A stretch of 64,000 nt of DNA, taken from contig CM022670.1 in the NCBI GenBank assembly GCA_012295275.1, positions 29,202,001-29,266,000 of the forward strand, in the 5' to 3' direction. This document shows, one piece after another, positions 1-14,400 of this stretch (its first letter is position 1; each line of letters starts with the position of its first letter). The notes beneath the pieces are model-generated. The model was given only the letters and a program-made list of their open reading frames with translations. It searched no databases and was not told the origin of the DNA. The stretch comes from Chrysomallon squamiferum (Eukaryota; Animalia; Mollusca). The translations under genes were made by a program, and so were the position numbers.

Positions 1-141
1 TCATATAATATTCCTTGTTACTATATCATTTATGATTTAATCCATTATAAAATAAAATAACAGTAAAGATGTTAAATCACTATTTGTGCAAACTGAAGTG
101 TGCACTGTACACACCAGTTTTTTTCTTCTTTTATATTTTTA

Positions 142-145
<4 letters not shown>

Positions 146-194
<49 letters not shown>
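146..194. repeat. (TTA)n microsatellite
   Basis: Read directly from the sequence. Confidence 0.95.
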
Positions 195-545
195 TATAGA
201 GTTCCATAACATTTGCTTTATTTTGGACAAATCTCATTCCATCCTGTAAGTCCCGGTACAGCAGACGTGGCTAACGTCACTGTTCATCAACTCCACTGTG
301 AGTGATGAAAGGCTAGTTTTCATGTGAAATTCGACTAGCTCTCTTTTTTTCCTTTTTTTAATTTAAATAGAAACTGCACCTGCAACTGTTACATTATTAA
401 TTTAATTGATTTGTTAGTAAATCATATGCATTTAATGTATGTTTACATAGGTACATATGTATTTATACACACAAGAAAGAGCAATCAGTTTATGTACACA
501 TTAACAAACATACAAATTTATATTGTAATGTACTAACTTTGTTAC

Positions 546-548
<3 letters not shown>

Positions 549-591
<43 letters not shown>
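549..591. repeat. (AC)n microsatellite
   Basis: Read directly from the sequence. Confidence 0.95.
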
Positions 592-592
<1 letters not shown>

Positions 593-3101
593 CCCAGCAT
601 ACATATATACTATACAACAGACCTCTTAAAGAGCCACATATATAGCTGATTGTATACAAAAATTAAATAAAAAAAATGTCTCTCTTCCCTATTCTTCACT
701 GAACAAGTCACATAAACTTTCTAAGCCTTGGCATAGAAAAATGATGTGAATTTGTGGTCCACCCAACTGTATTTGTGTGTTATATCAGCCACTAAAAGTT
801 TCACTTATTGTTATTGGTTGAAAACTGCCTGAATGGAGGGCGTGATTCAGCCTGCTTGCTTGATGTTACAACTGTCAGATCATGTTTATCAGACTTAAAT
901 AAGCAGAGAAATAGTTAAAAACATTTAGATGGATCCATAACAAACCAATATATTATATAGGTTAGCTGACCAGCCAAGCAGAGATACCTGTGCTGTCGTG
1001 TTGTTGGGTGTTAAAAGGGGTAATTTGAAGTCTGGTAAGTTATGCAAACTAGCTAGATTTATTTTTTAATACAGATATTTCCCATCACATTTTGTTAAGT
1101 AAAGTGGAAAGAATTAAAAGTAAGTAAATAAATTAGTTAATTTTAAAATATATTTTAGAAAATGAGAAAAAAAAATGAAATGGTATTTTAATTGATTTTG
1201 TTCAATAATATCAAGGTTAAAAATGATATGTGATAAAAATGTAGCTATTTTGGATTTCAGTTTTCATTTAATTTTTTAAAATTATTTTAACAGCTAACCT
1301 TTTCAATGATGTCTTTAGAGAAAAATATGTACCATTTACCTTTTTCACATTTTTTAACAATAATATATAAAATATCTCTTTTTAATTGAAATTTATTTTA
1401 TTTTTGGGAGTGATGGGTTTTGTCATATTTCTTTGATATTATTTATTCAGTTATCAGTTTATTTGCATTTTATAGTTGGCTATTTCTTTTCTTTCTTTTT
1501 CTTTTTTTTCTAATCCAGCAGCTTATTTTTTTTCTTTTCATTTGATGTGTAAATGTTTTGTACACCATGTGAATCATTTTCCTTACAGAAGCATTAAATA
1601 TTTCACAATCATGCTGGTTTACATACATTTTTACACAACTCAGAATAATACCAGCATGTGAGTATTGAGCTGATTTCATGTAAAGCAGTTTCTAAATGTA
1701 GATCTGTTATGTGTGATATATCAGTTGGTTTATTATATTACCAGATTGAATTCAGGCACACCGCAAAGGACTGGACAAATTTGTTTTTGGATATTTAATG
1801 ACTTTCTAGTACTTTATGTATGTACCTTAGTTAGTAATTTATGAAACTGTAATACTGTAAGCAGTAATACTTAATTGTTGATATTTGATTTTCTTTATCT
1901 GTGTTTTTTAACCTTTGTTATATATAACAAATTATTATAAAAATTCTTTACTGTACAATTTGCATTATTCTTTTATCATGATATTTCTGCTATTAACTTT
2001 TTTAAAATAAAAGTTTGTGAATAGAACAAGTATAGTGATACATACAACAATACCCAAAACAACTTGAATCCTTTTTCATGATTTTAATGTGCATGATTAC
2101 TACAGAAATAGAAGTATTATTACTAATTCATGTTTTGAATTACTCTAAATATAGCTAAGCAAATACATCTGCATAATTATACATGTAGTGTGTGTGTGTG
2201 TTTATTTAATTTTCATCACTTTCTTTTCACTTATGTCCTTTTTTATAACTTGTTACTTTCTTCTCTTTTCATTTTTTTTTTTAAATTCTTGCAAATTTTT
2301 GTTTGGGATTAAGTTTAGTTTTTATATATATACAGTTTATGCCAGTTTCAACTCTGCTACATTTACAGTAATTGTCATCCATTTGATACACACCCAATTG
2401 TTACAGTCAAGTTAAGCAAACTCCTCTATTATTAGTGACCAACTAAATATGGTTGAACAAATTTATATATTGATATGTGTTGTAACACTGTAATTATACC
2501 CTAATGCCACATATATATTACTTTTTGTTATGTGACTGACTTTATAATACATGGATATGAGTGTATATTTGTGTTTGAGTTTTTAGAGGAAGTTTGCTTA
2601 CATATTCCTTAAGCTGGGGTGATGAGTCTGTGTACTTTCATTATTTAGGAGCTTATGCTTCAGAAGTGGCATCAAAACTGATAATATTTCATAAACTGAT
2701 GGATAAGGTTCATGCTATTGATATCTAATCTTAAAAATGACCATTTAGTGTTTATAACTTGTAACTAATGTGACTAGAAATCATTTATTGCTTATACATT
2801 TATAACATGAACCACTCTTGGAAATACAACTAAAGCAATGATATAATGAAAAAATGGAACATCAGTATTATTTCTTTAAGGGCACTATACTGATCAGCAT
2901 TGAAATAAACAGTTTCAAATTAGCTACAGAAGAAATGGTTTGTAGTATTCCACAGTTTGTATTATAGCCCTGGGCTTTAATTAGGTGAAACAGATTATAA
3001 GAGAAATGTATATTTGTATTCAAGCCCTAGGCTTAAGTATGTGGAACATGGCAAGTTTTTTTTTGTCTGATTTGTTTATTTTTTTCTCCTTTCAATTAGA
3101 T

Positions 3102-3150
3102 ATTTTATTTTATTTTATTTTATTTTATTTTATTTTATTTTATTTTATTT
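3102..3150. repeat. (ATTTT)n pentanucleotide repeat
   Basis: Read directly from the sequence. Confidence 0.9.
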
Positions 3151-3599
3151 TTTTATTTATTGTTGTAAATTCTTGTGTGTCTCACTCAAAATCAGTTACA
3201 GAAAACAAAAGCACGATGTAATAATCAGTAATGGTATCTTCTTTGTTTCAGGTGGGGTAGGGCGTGTAACTCAACAAGTTTCTCATAAAAACTGACATTA
3301 TTAAAGCTGATGATTATTATATGCAGTCACCATAAAAGATGTACTGATCCTAACAGAAAATTCATTAACAGAAATTGTTTAAAAACAACTTGTGCAGAAT
3401 ACTCCATCAAACTGAGTCATTCAATAAACACAAATGCTATTTTTCCATGCCTCTAGATGCCAGATTTAATGAATAGGACGCCTCCTGTAGATTTGTTCAT
3501 AACACATTTCAATCTTGTATCATTAGCAGTTTGTTTGCAGATAATAGTTTTTGTCACAGATTCTACAGTTTTTATTTATTGATTTTTTTTTTAATTTTA

Positions 3600-3633
<34 letters not shown>

Positions 3634-4173
3634 ATGAATGAATGAATGATTATATCAGTCATTAATATATCTACATATTTTTGTACCTGCAGGGTTATCA
3701 TGTAATTTTTATTGATTCATCCACCAGTATGTCACATTCTGGGTCCTTTCAAAAATATTTATTTATATTTGTGGACCTGAAACAGTCTGTATAAACAGTA
3801 GTCTGTACATAGACATTAATAAATAATAGCTTGTATAGTGCCACCTGGTACCAGTATGTGAAAGTTACCCTGCTTTTCCCATACCAGGCTGGATGGATTT
3901 ATTAATAAAAAAATAAACAGGGAAAAAAAGAAATTGTGTTTCTCTTTGAAGTAGTCTTATAAATAAAAGAATTAAAAAATAAGAAAAACTAAAATTCTGA
4001 TTGTTTCCACATTCATGAATATTGGTGAAAGAAGCAATTTTGTAAATATGGTTATAACTGCTTTTTTTAAATACTAAATTTCTGTTTTCTTTTGCTTTTT
4101 TTATTATTTTTTTAATTGTCCTTGAAAAAACTTTAGTAAATATTTAAAAAAAACTTTCTTTTTTTTTCTCCAG

Positions 4174-4283
4174 CTTTCTCTTGCCACACACCCTAACAAA
4201 CTGTACAATGGACACATCCAGGAACTGACAGACAACAAGGGACCTGTTGTTGTTTTCATTGAAGAGTTAGGAGAGAAGTAGGT

Positions 4284-4342
<59 letters not shown>

Positions 4343-7300
4343 CTCCATTTTCTGTTACCATCTAATAGATATTTACTTTTTTTTTTTAATAATTTTTTTT
4401 CCAACTTATATGAAGCATGTTCACTTTTTAAAAATTTAACACATTATCAAGTGATATTTTTTTGAGACCATTTAATTAATGTCTGACGTTTTTACCAGGA
4501 TTTTCTGTAATGTTTTACTTAGTAATAAGTTACCGGAAATCCAAGTTAATTTGTTCTACATAGTTTTACTTTCATCTACATTGTATTAATATTTGTAAGA
4601 GAAAAAGTTTTGGATTTTTTTTTTTTTTTTTTACCCTATTAGTACTCACTGTGCTTCCTTAACTGGTGAATGAATTTTTTTTTGTAGAGAATGGTTTGAA
4701 ACTGAGATTCTAAAAACAGAGTTAGGGTTAAGGAAATTTTGTGATAAAAACTTGAAGCTGAAAGATGTTAAATTATTGTTTACATCAAGGACAATCCACC
4801 CATCAAAAAGACAAAATAAATAAATAAATAAATAAGAAAGTAGAGGTAAAAGCCAGATTTAAAGAAAACAACAAATAACTGGCAATATTAAATGTTTTGT
4901 ATGTTTATTCTAACTTTTTGTTTGTTGTAATCATTATTCTTTTCCTCCTTCAATTTCTTTATTGTTTCATTTTCCTCTTTTTCAACAATGAATTAAATAT
5001 TAAAGGATCATCTACATGTATTTAAAATAAAATTAAGGTTAACTGATATTAGGAGTTGCTTGAATGTTTTTAAAGAAATGAACATTCATTTGTGTGTGTG
5101 TGTGATTTATCTTTTTATTTTCATCTATTTATTTAAAAAAAATTTTTTTTTAATAAAGGAGGGCTGTACCGTACGAGAGTTTACGACATATACATAAAAG
5201 TACAAACAGTGGTAAGTAAATAACATTTCTTTTCAAAGTTCTTTGGCCTCCTTACCCTACTTCATGTAAATTGAGAGGAAGAAATTAAAATTAATGGGGT
5301 CCATTGATACACCAGTCATTAAATGTGCTTGGAATGAGAGTGAGCATTATGGAAGATTAATCATGTAATTCATTATACATTACATTTTAAATGTGTAGGT
5401 TGCTTGTGTGGGTATAGAAAAGGCAGAGGATTTGATTTGCTAGAAGTGTTAAATGCCCAAATGTTCTCCTGAATTTGGATAGAATAGTTTCCAACCTTGC
5501 CTGAGCTTTATGCCAGTGTTTATTTGTATACAAGTACTGTGTCTTGAACTGACAGCTCCTTGTATGCCTCTTGTTAGATATAGTCAGTGACACAAAAAGA
5601 AATTGTTTAATTTTTATCATCTTGTTCGCTCTCTCTCTCCCTCATGTTATGAAAACAGGTATTTTTTTAATATATAAAAATATCTACAATTTATTTTTTC
5701 ACTGCAGGCTCCACTTCACTAGTGCTACCCAGATCAAAGCGGAAGAAGGTGAGTATGAGTGTTAAACAGATCTGACAGTTCTAACTTGGAAAATACTGTT
5801 GAATATAAAATTACATTTTATTACACACACACACATTTATATTTGTTGTCATGTCAGTTAGTTTTATTCAACTTCAAATCGAAACTTGATTGTCTGCCAT
5901 TTTCACTGGATTTCTACATTGTGATCTGCTGTTTTACAATATAAACAGTTAAATTTTCTGTTCCAAATGTATAAAATCTTCTTTGGAAATGGCTGGGAAT
6001 GTCAAATGTGTGGTATCTGTTTCACTGTTTTATGAATGGGATTCATGATTGGTGATTGCATGTTTTTACACTGGACCTTGAAATGGTAACTTCATCTGTT
6101 GCTGGTGCAAAGCAATTGACATCCACTGATGTGTCCAATGAGGTAAAGACATTTAACTCCATCCTTGCTCAGTAAGATAAGTGGGTTTGAAAGCAAGTAC
6201 ATTTTTGTGAAATATAATTAGTAAATCATCTTCAAAGTCAGATTGACATATAACCTTAGTCATTGACAGCAAGGACTGACCAGCACACACGTTTTGGATG
6301 TTATCTGTATGACCATGCTTTACAGCATGTCACTTCCAGCAGGCTGTGGTTTGTTGTGATTTAGAATGTAAAAACTCAAGATGCACTCTATGTAAACTGT
6401 AAATTTTATAAACTTTTATTATGTACCATCAGATTCCTTATCTTGAAAAAAATATATTCAAACACTTAGAAGAAAACTGCTCAGTTACATAAAAAAGCCA
6501 TTTCATTCTATTATAATACTGACATTTCAGATGTTTTAACACATATCTAGATTTAAAAAATAAAACATATTTCTCTCATCTTTAATGGATTTATACTCTA
6601 CACTTTTCTGAATACAAGGTTTTATATGTTATCAATTTTATCACTTCCAAGAGCACTAAGCCAGTGTTATTTTATGCTTGGGTGTAATTACTTATTCACA
6701 CCACCTCAGGCAACCATTTTTATTTTCAAGTCATTGTTACGTAACACATGTAATAGATCCATATCAACTAATCCAGGCATAAAAATACTACATGTGCAGC
6801 ACATTTCAATTACTGTATGAAATTTCTTAGTATCACAGTGTCAAGCAAAACTTAATAACCATTATCTGATAAGCCTGCTGGAAACTGCTGCCTCCACAAA
6901 TCTTAGTTATTTTATCCAAGGTTATAGATTTATTATTGAATTTAAAATTTGATGCTTAATTTTAATTTGTCTACTTAATACTTGTTTTATATACTCAAAT
7001 GGGAACAGTTTATGTAGTCTGTTATTGCTGAATTCAATGCTTTTTTTATAAGCTGAATGGAAAGAAAGATAATGCAATATTTCTGTTGCCAAGCTGAAAA
7101 GTTTGTTTCAGACTACTTTTATTGTTCTGCTGTTGACATTTTGAGGTGAGTTTATTTTGAAGCGGTAAATTATAAACCAATACATCTGTTGAAAAACATA
7201 GCAAAATTGTTTATTTTATCACAGCATCCATTTAGTACATCACGAATCTTTCAGGCCTTTGAAAACATGATAATGTTCCGTTTTGTTGACATTGTAAACT

Positions 7301-10300
7301 GGATATAATCTACTAGGGAAGATAGGATTCAGCTGAGTAGTAGGATAGTGTTTCATTCCTTTTATTTTGTACATAATATTAACATTCACCTGGTGAGTTA
7401 GAAAAAACATCATGTTCATGGTTGTTATACTTAATAATTGATACAGTGGTCAGATTATAAAAAGATAAAAAGCTACACTAATTAACAGCCACTCGCATGT
7501 AGAAATGTCATCAGTTATATGAAACAAACTTAAATAAACTGAAACCTTGTGATATCTCAGTTTAAATTATAATAAAAAGCTATTAGGTTTGTTTCATTAG
7601 TTTGTTATAATTACCCTTTTCAGTCAAACTTATTGTAAACTATTAACAATCCAGCTGTATAAGCAATATCAAGGATTTTTGTTTCCTTTCCAACCAAGAT
7701 AATTTAATTTTGTATGGAAATTTAATAAGTTAGCACTGTGTAAATAATTATCTGTTTTAAAAGGTTGTTAATTACTCTCTAATGTTTTCTTTTCATTAGA
7801 AAGATTGGCTGTTGAAGATAATGACTGTTCATTAAAGGAATTTGTGGTCAATAAAATTTTACTTGGTGTTAAATATCAGCACTTCTTACACCTAGTATGT
7901 GTAAATAGCTTGAAAGAGCAATATGAATGTGCTTTTATTTATTATTGACAGAGTGCATGTAAATTGTGTAAAAGCTTTATAAATGTTTATGAATGTGCTT
8001 TTATTTATTTCTGATAAAGCATGTAATTTGTCAGTTTTATTCAAATACTGCAGTTTAGGCTATTCTTCAAAATGTAACCATTCTTATTAAATAATAATGA
8101 AAATTGATTTCAGAAAAGAAAAAAAAAAAAAAACTATAACAAGTTTAAAGTAAGAATCAAGCTTATAATGTGATAACATTTCTTTTCAATAAAACATTAA
8201 TATTTTATTAACAGCAGTATTTTGTCATCTAGAAATAGAACTGAAGCTAAAAACAATGCAAATTATATTAAGGTTGTTCACTGCACAACAGGAATATTAT
8301 AATAAATATTGGTTTTCATCATGAGCATTTTATTTTTTTATTACTTATTTTATTATTATTATAATTATTTTTATTTTTTTCATATTATTACTATTGTTGA
8401 AAAAGCATTTAATTATTGGTTCCAAAAATGGCATCATAAAGGTTCAAATTAAGTGATCAAGTTTGTACTTTAATATCTTACTCTGCCGACTCTAGTGCAC
8501 TCTGTTGTCATTACACTGTGGACATTCATTTGTTAGGTGCACATACACCAACCTTGTTCACAAAAGTGGATAATGGTATTTCATGTGAATGACATCTGTA
8601 ACAAATAACCTATTTGTAAATACTTTCAACAGCATAATTTGTTTGGATTTGTTACTTTTTTTTTGTTTCTTTTTCACATTTGGTATGATATTTGCATCAT
8701 AGAAATTTCCATAGTTACATATCAAAATGTATACATAACTTATATTAAGGCAGATCTGAAACTTTTTAGAAAAAACATTGTGTAAACATTTTATTTGTAA
8801 ACATTGCCTAACATTTATTTATTATTACATAACATTAGTTTTCAGTATTACTTACATTAGAAATAATATTGGCTACATTTTGAGTTCTGTTACTATTAGA
8901 TGTTTTTATATTTCTATTATTAACATATTCCAATAGTCTTTGATTATTTCCAAACAAACTTAGTTCTAATGTTTTTATTGATTTGAATGTAAACCCAAGC
9001 CAGCTGGCAGTTTATTTTCATAAAACAAAATCAACATATATAAATTTCCATTTTATCATTGAAGAGAAGTATGTAAATGTTTGAAATCTCTACATACGTT
9101 CTATATAAAGTAGATATTCTAAGCGAGAATCTCATATTTGACAATAGTCTTTGCATAGAGATAGAATAATTCTAGTAAGTATTTTTTTTTCTGTCACTGT
9201 AAATAGTTTTATCTGTCATTGTAAACATTTTTATCTTTCAGTGTTACCTGGTGGATATAATAAAGTATTTTGAAATTAAGAATATAGATTGAAAACTCTG
9301 ATAAGCAGCTGATTTAATTTTGTTTCATGTCTGAATTTCAGTCGTCATTTTAGTGTTATCTATCACAGAGAAAAGGTTAAAATCCACTGAAGAGGTTAAA
9401 AGGTGTTTTTTTTTCTTTTTTTTTATAAGTTAGCTAATTGTAAATGTTACATCACAATCAGCTGAAACATTTATTTCCAGAATTTGATATGTTCTTTTAG
9501 CAATTTTATATTCAGTTTATTTCTACATACTGATAGCTGAAGTTATTCATTAGGATGTGCTTTTACTAAATATCATTTTCACTGTTTAGAAATGTTCTAT
9601 CAGTTGATTGGCATTTTTAATGACAAAATATTTAAATTTAATTTGTGTAAATTCTTCATCAATTCTTTAGTACTAAATGTATGCTTGTACAAAATGTGCT
9701 GAGTGAACACGCCAGACTCACTGTTTTGCAGTGATGATAGCAGTTCTGTTTGACATGAAAAGGTTAAATTATAACTGAATACACTATAGATTTCATATTC
9801 AGTGGGATCAAGTTGGGTGAAGTCTTTTGTGATCAACCAAAGTAGTTAGGAAATAATTTGTTGTCGATTAAGTTTTGCTGACCAAAACCTGCACTGAAAA
9901 CAGATGAAATTAAGTTTATAGAGGAATCATTTTTATTATTATTATTACTGAAGAATTAAGTTAAAGAAAAAAAAAATTTAGGGCTATTTATTTTTTTATT
10001 TTCATTTATTTATTTATTTATTTTTGTAATATATTCTGTATAATGGCAAAAACAGAAGAGATACTTTCTTTTGAAGTGATCAGCTGTGTGTGTGTATGAC
10101 ATACATTATTTCTTTTAATATATAACATCATAAAAAATAAAAGTATCAATGTACAATTTAAAATTATCTTCTGAATTACTGATTTCCATTACCTGATAAT
10201 ATAATTACCTAAATTTTGTGTTTTTTAATTTTATTTAATTTTTTTTTTTTTTTAATAATATAAACAAATTTGATCCAAGCAATCATTACTGATATCATTT

Positions 10301-11419
10301 TTTTTTCATATGGACTTAATTTCACAGACATGAATTCATAATTTGGTTTTATTTTTAATAATAGTAATAAAAAATTGCTATGACGTCCAGTATCATATAA
10401 TTATGTGAGACTGATTAATAAATAAATACAGTATACCCTCACCTGTTCGCGGTTCCCCATTCGCGGCCCCGCATATTTGCGGGTTAGGCTCTTAACCCTA
10501 TCGCATCGTATGCTGGTATACCAGGCGAGCGACATAACGTCATAAAAACAAATGCTCGGTAAACCACACAAACAATATCAAATTTTTTCAATTATTATTG
10601 CAATACAGTACGTATTTTTTTATAAATGCATACACTGTATGTACAGTGCATATTTTTTGTGACCGTGTATTAATAATGTTTTTAATTGCATATTATTACC
10701 TGAACTGTGCGTACTGTATTTATCTGTCTGTTTGCCTTTAAATTTGTTCCACTTTCTGTCAATTCTAATACATATGTTGTACGCATAGAAAATGACTTTA
10801 CGGTACAGTAATACAGTATGGGTAACTATGCTATGCGGTGTTACTGTCCTCCTGTACTTAAATTTCTTTCTGATTAAAATATTGTTTCAGTACAAAATTA
10901 AAATGCGTTTACATTATCATTACTACATTAGTGAAATACATAACTGCATGCAATATTACTACATTATTACTGTATTAATGAGTAAGAGTGTCTTTAGAAA
11001 GTGTTTGGGAAGCATTTAGTTCTGTGTATAATCTCATAATAGACGTTTTAAAACTGCATCCAATATTCGCGGTTTTTCGCTATTCGCGGGGGGGTAAAGA
11101 ACGTAACCCCCGCGAATAGCGAGGGAATACTGTAATGCCAATAAATAATTCACAATTATTTGGACAGTAACAGATGATGAATATGATAGAAAAAAGTGGA
11201 AAAGAGACTGATACCCACATATCCAATCACTGAAGTTGCAGAAATGTTTTATTTAACATCAGTATTTTTAATACATAGTTTTATCAATTACTTTTTAATA
11301 GTCATATAATTTACTAAATGAATTTGCTTAAAGACCATATAAGAATAAAAATGTGCTGCCAACAAACAGTCGATGACTTTTTCATTTCTGGAAGTAATTT
11401 AGGAAACAATAAAATATAA

Positions 11420-11455
<36 letters not shown>

Positions 11456-14400
11456 ATATCTGGTTATCCTATCTTACTTGAAAGTGGTTTTAGGCATTGT
11501 TTCAAAGGCCTGCTTATCACCTACATTATGCCAATTTCAATAAACACAATGTTAGGCAATGTAGACAACAGTATGAACACAAGTTAAAATGTACCACCAA
11601 ATAACCCTTAGGCCGGCAGGGTGTAACAGCCAAATGATAACTAAATTGCTGTATTTATTTTTAACTATCATTTACCTATGTGTGTGTTATTCATTTAAAA
11701 AAATTATATTCCTCTAAAATGTTTACTTCAGTATTTAATTAAATGTCCTTTTAAAAATAAAAAAATAAAAATTATATGCCCTTACAATACGAACAATTTG
11801 TAAAATATTTATCAGTATTTTAACTTCAGATTGCAGCATTTATATATATTCTAGTTGTTGTTTTTTTCAAATGTTATGCTGACAAATAAGTTTCACTGAT
11901 AAAAAACATTGTTTCCAGTATTTAATTAAATTGTGATATAAATTATTTTAATGTGCAGTAAAACTTTTATTGCCTGTGTTTCTTTTATTAAGTTGTAGTA
12001 GAAATACATTTTTAATACATTTTTTCAGTTGTTTAAATTGTTGTTAATTACTAGCAACACGTTTTATCAATTACTTTTTAATAGTTTCACCAGCACATAG
12101 AATGAAATAAAAACATTAAAAATTGAATTAAAAACTAACGTAATTAGCAGTCCGGTTGCATATGGATTTTTAGATATAAATATTAAATACAGAAGAAATT
12201 GTTACAGAAACAGTCTCGGTTTAATGTACTTGAAGAAAAGAGCTGTAATTACTGTTTAAGCAGAAGTCTTTATCATCACTTTAGGTAATGTTTAGTTACA
12301 AAAAGGAATGTGAAAGAAATGTTCACATGGTACAAGTTCATTCTTTGTAAAACAGTTATGTTTTTAAGAGAAAGCTAAAAGCATAAATAGGTGCAACATA
12401 TTTATTTTATTGTACAGCTGGCCTTGGGTGATGCTGACTACTGGTGAGTTTATCAATAGATGAGATTAACCAGGACAGCAGTTTCCTTCTGCCATCTGTA
12501 CTTTGTAGAGTTGGAAGCTTTATTGAACCCTCAGGAGGGGGTGGCCCAAAGGCCAATTCTTAAACCCTTTACCTCCAGATAATGTCTGGAAACAGATGAT
12601 GCAGTGATAAAACAAACAAAAAAAAAAATCAGAAGAAAAGTTAGTTTTCTCTAGTTTTGGTTGTTGTTAAGATGGGTGGTGTACTTGTAAATAGTTGGTC
12701 AGCATGGTGATTGGTTCTTTCTCATACCCCAGGGTGCAGAACTTCACTGGTTAAACTGATTAGCACACCTGCACTCAGACATTGCATAGACTGACTTTCC
12801 TGTTTGGAGAGAGTTTAATTTAGTCCTCATCAATATTTTCAGGCCACATCTACTGACAACTTCCAGCAGTTTCAAGTATTTGGACAAGAAGTTAACATCA
12901 GGTAAGTCAAAAACCTGTGGATTGGATATAGAAGCTTTTTATATGAATGTGTGATTGCATGAATATATTATTGCCATTTTTTTATATTATTATTTAAATT
13001 CTTTTTTACTTTTCTTACTAATTGCACTGAGATCTATCAAATGGTGTTTGTTTTTTAAAGATCATTATGTTGCACTGTGATGATAAATAACTGTCAGATG
13101 GTAAATATTTAGAAACTCGAAAATATTTGTCTTCAGGGCAAACATAGGATAGTACATACGATGAATATTTCATATAATTTATAGAATATTACTTTTAAAT
13201 CAAAATAAGTTACAGAAATTCAGGCACCACCTATAAATATTCTTCATAATAAGCTATATTTAACATTTTGTTAATTTAAATTTTTAGATTATACATAATA
13301 TAGTTCACAAATTTATATGGAGTCACAATTTAATATATATTTTTTAAATTCGTAAAAGTTGCTTTTAATGATGTGTTTTCCTCTATCATGTAACTACAAT
13401 TTGGAAATGAGAACAGGAATTAATCTTTCAAACAAATATAGATTAAATGAACAAAATATTTTGTAATAATGATTACCATCTGGCTTTTTTGGATACTCAG
13501 TTTTAGCAATTATAATTAACTGTGTATTGTTGATACTTTATCAACAGAGAAACTACTAATTAAATATTTAAACAAATGAATGTTACATCAGTTAGACATT
13601 GTTTTCATGACGGTATAGAAATAAAGTAGTCACACTGCAATTTTTGTTCCTCAAATCTAGCTCAGAACATGCTGTGATGAAATCTAACAAAATGCCAACA
13701 CACAGTTTTTATGATTTATCAATATTTATTGCTGCTTAAACTTCTTTTTTTATAGCTACAGACAGCTGTTTCAGTGGCATATATTGATGCAGTGAGTTGA
13801 TGTGTGTTACCTTTTAGATAGATCTATTAACCAGATGTTGTTTCGTTGATTTTTCAATCATTTTGTTGTCCTTGAAAAGAAGGGAAAAAAATTTATCACA
13901 AGAAATGATTATTTATTTTATATTTTTTGAAAGAGAAAAACTTTTAATTTTAATTTATTACGTGTAAAAAGATTTTTTGCAATAATAATAAACAAAAATA
14001 AATGAAAATATAAAAATTTCTAATGCAGCCTGTTACAAACCAAAGTAAAAGAAGACCAAAAGGATTTTAAAGCTAAGAAAATATAATCGTGTGTGTGTGT
14101 TTGATGTTTTATAATGTAATTAGTGAAGATAGAAATTAAATATGAATTATTGTGAAATAAAAGGTCATAGTTATGAAACAGTTTAGGTAAAATATTTAAT
14201 GCTTGAAAATTTGTAATACTGCTCTTCCAGTTTTGATTACTGATTACAAGAGTATTACAATTTTTATAAGTTATAAAGTTTATTAACCTTCATAATTTTG
14301 CATTTTTGTCTCCATTATGCTTTAATCAGTATATTTGAATTATAATCTTACAGTTAAAAACATCTCTGTAAGCTAAATAAATTGTATTTGAATATTGAGA

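Noticed and set aside
2619-2681. Box C/D snoRNA-like GTGATGA...CTGA
   Set aside because: Short, with no terminal stem and no recognisable rRNA guide.
1470-3221. Short ORFs rich in F/I/L/Y/K here and throughout introns and intergenic DNA
   Set aside because: They are translations of AT-rich and microsatellite sequence, with no recognisable motifs.
7053-7145. Exon-like segment ending in GAG|GTGAGT
   Set aside because: Stops in the frame needed to join the neighbouring exons and no homology. It could be a cryptic site.
7923-8030. ~66-bp tandem duplication (ATGAATGTGCTTTTATT...GCATGTAA)
   Set aside because: Ordinary two-copy intronic slippage duplication.
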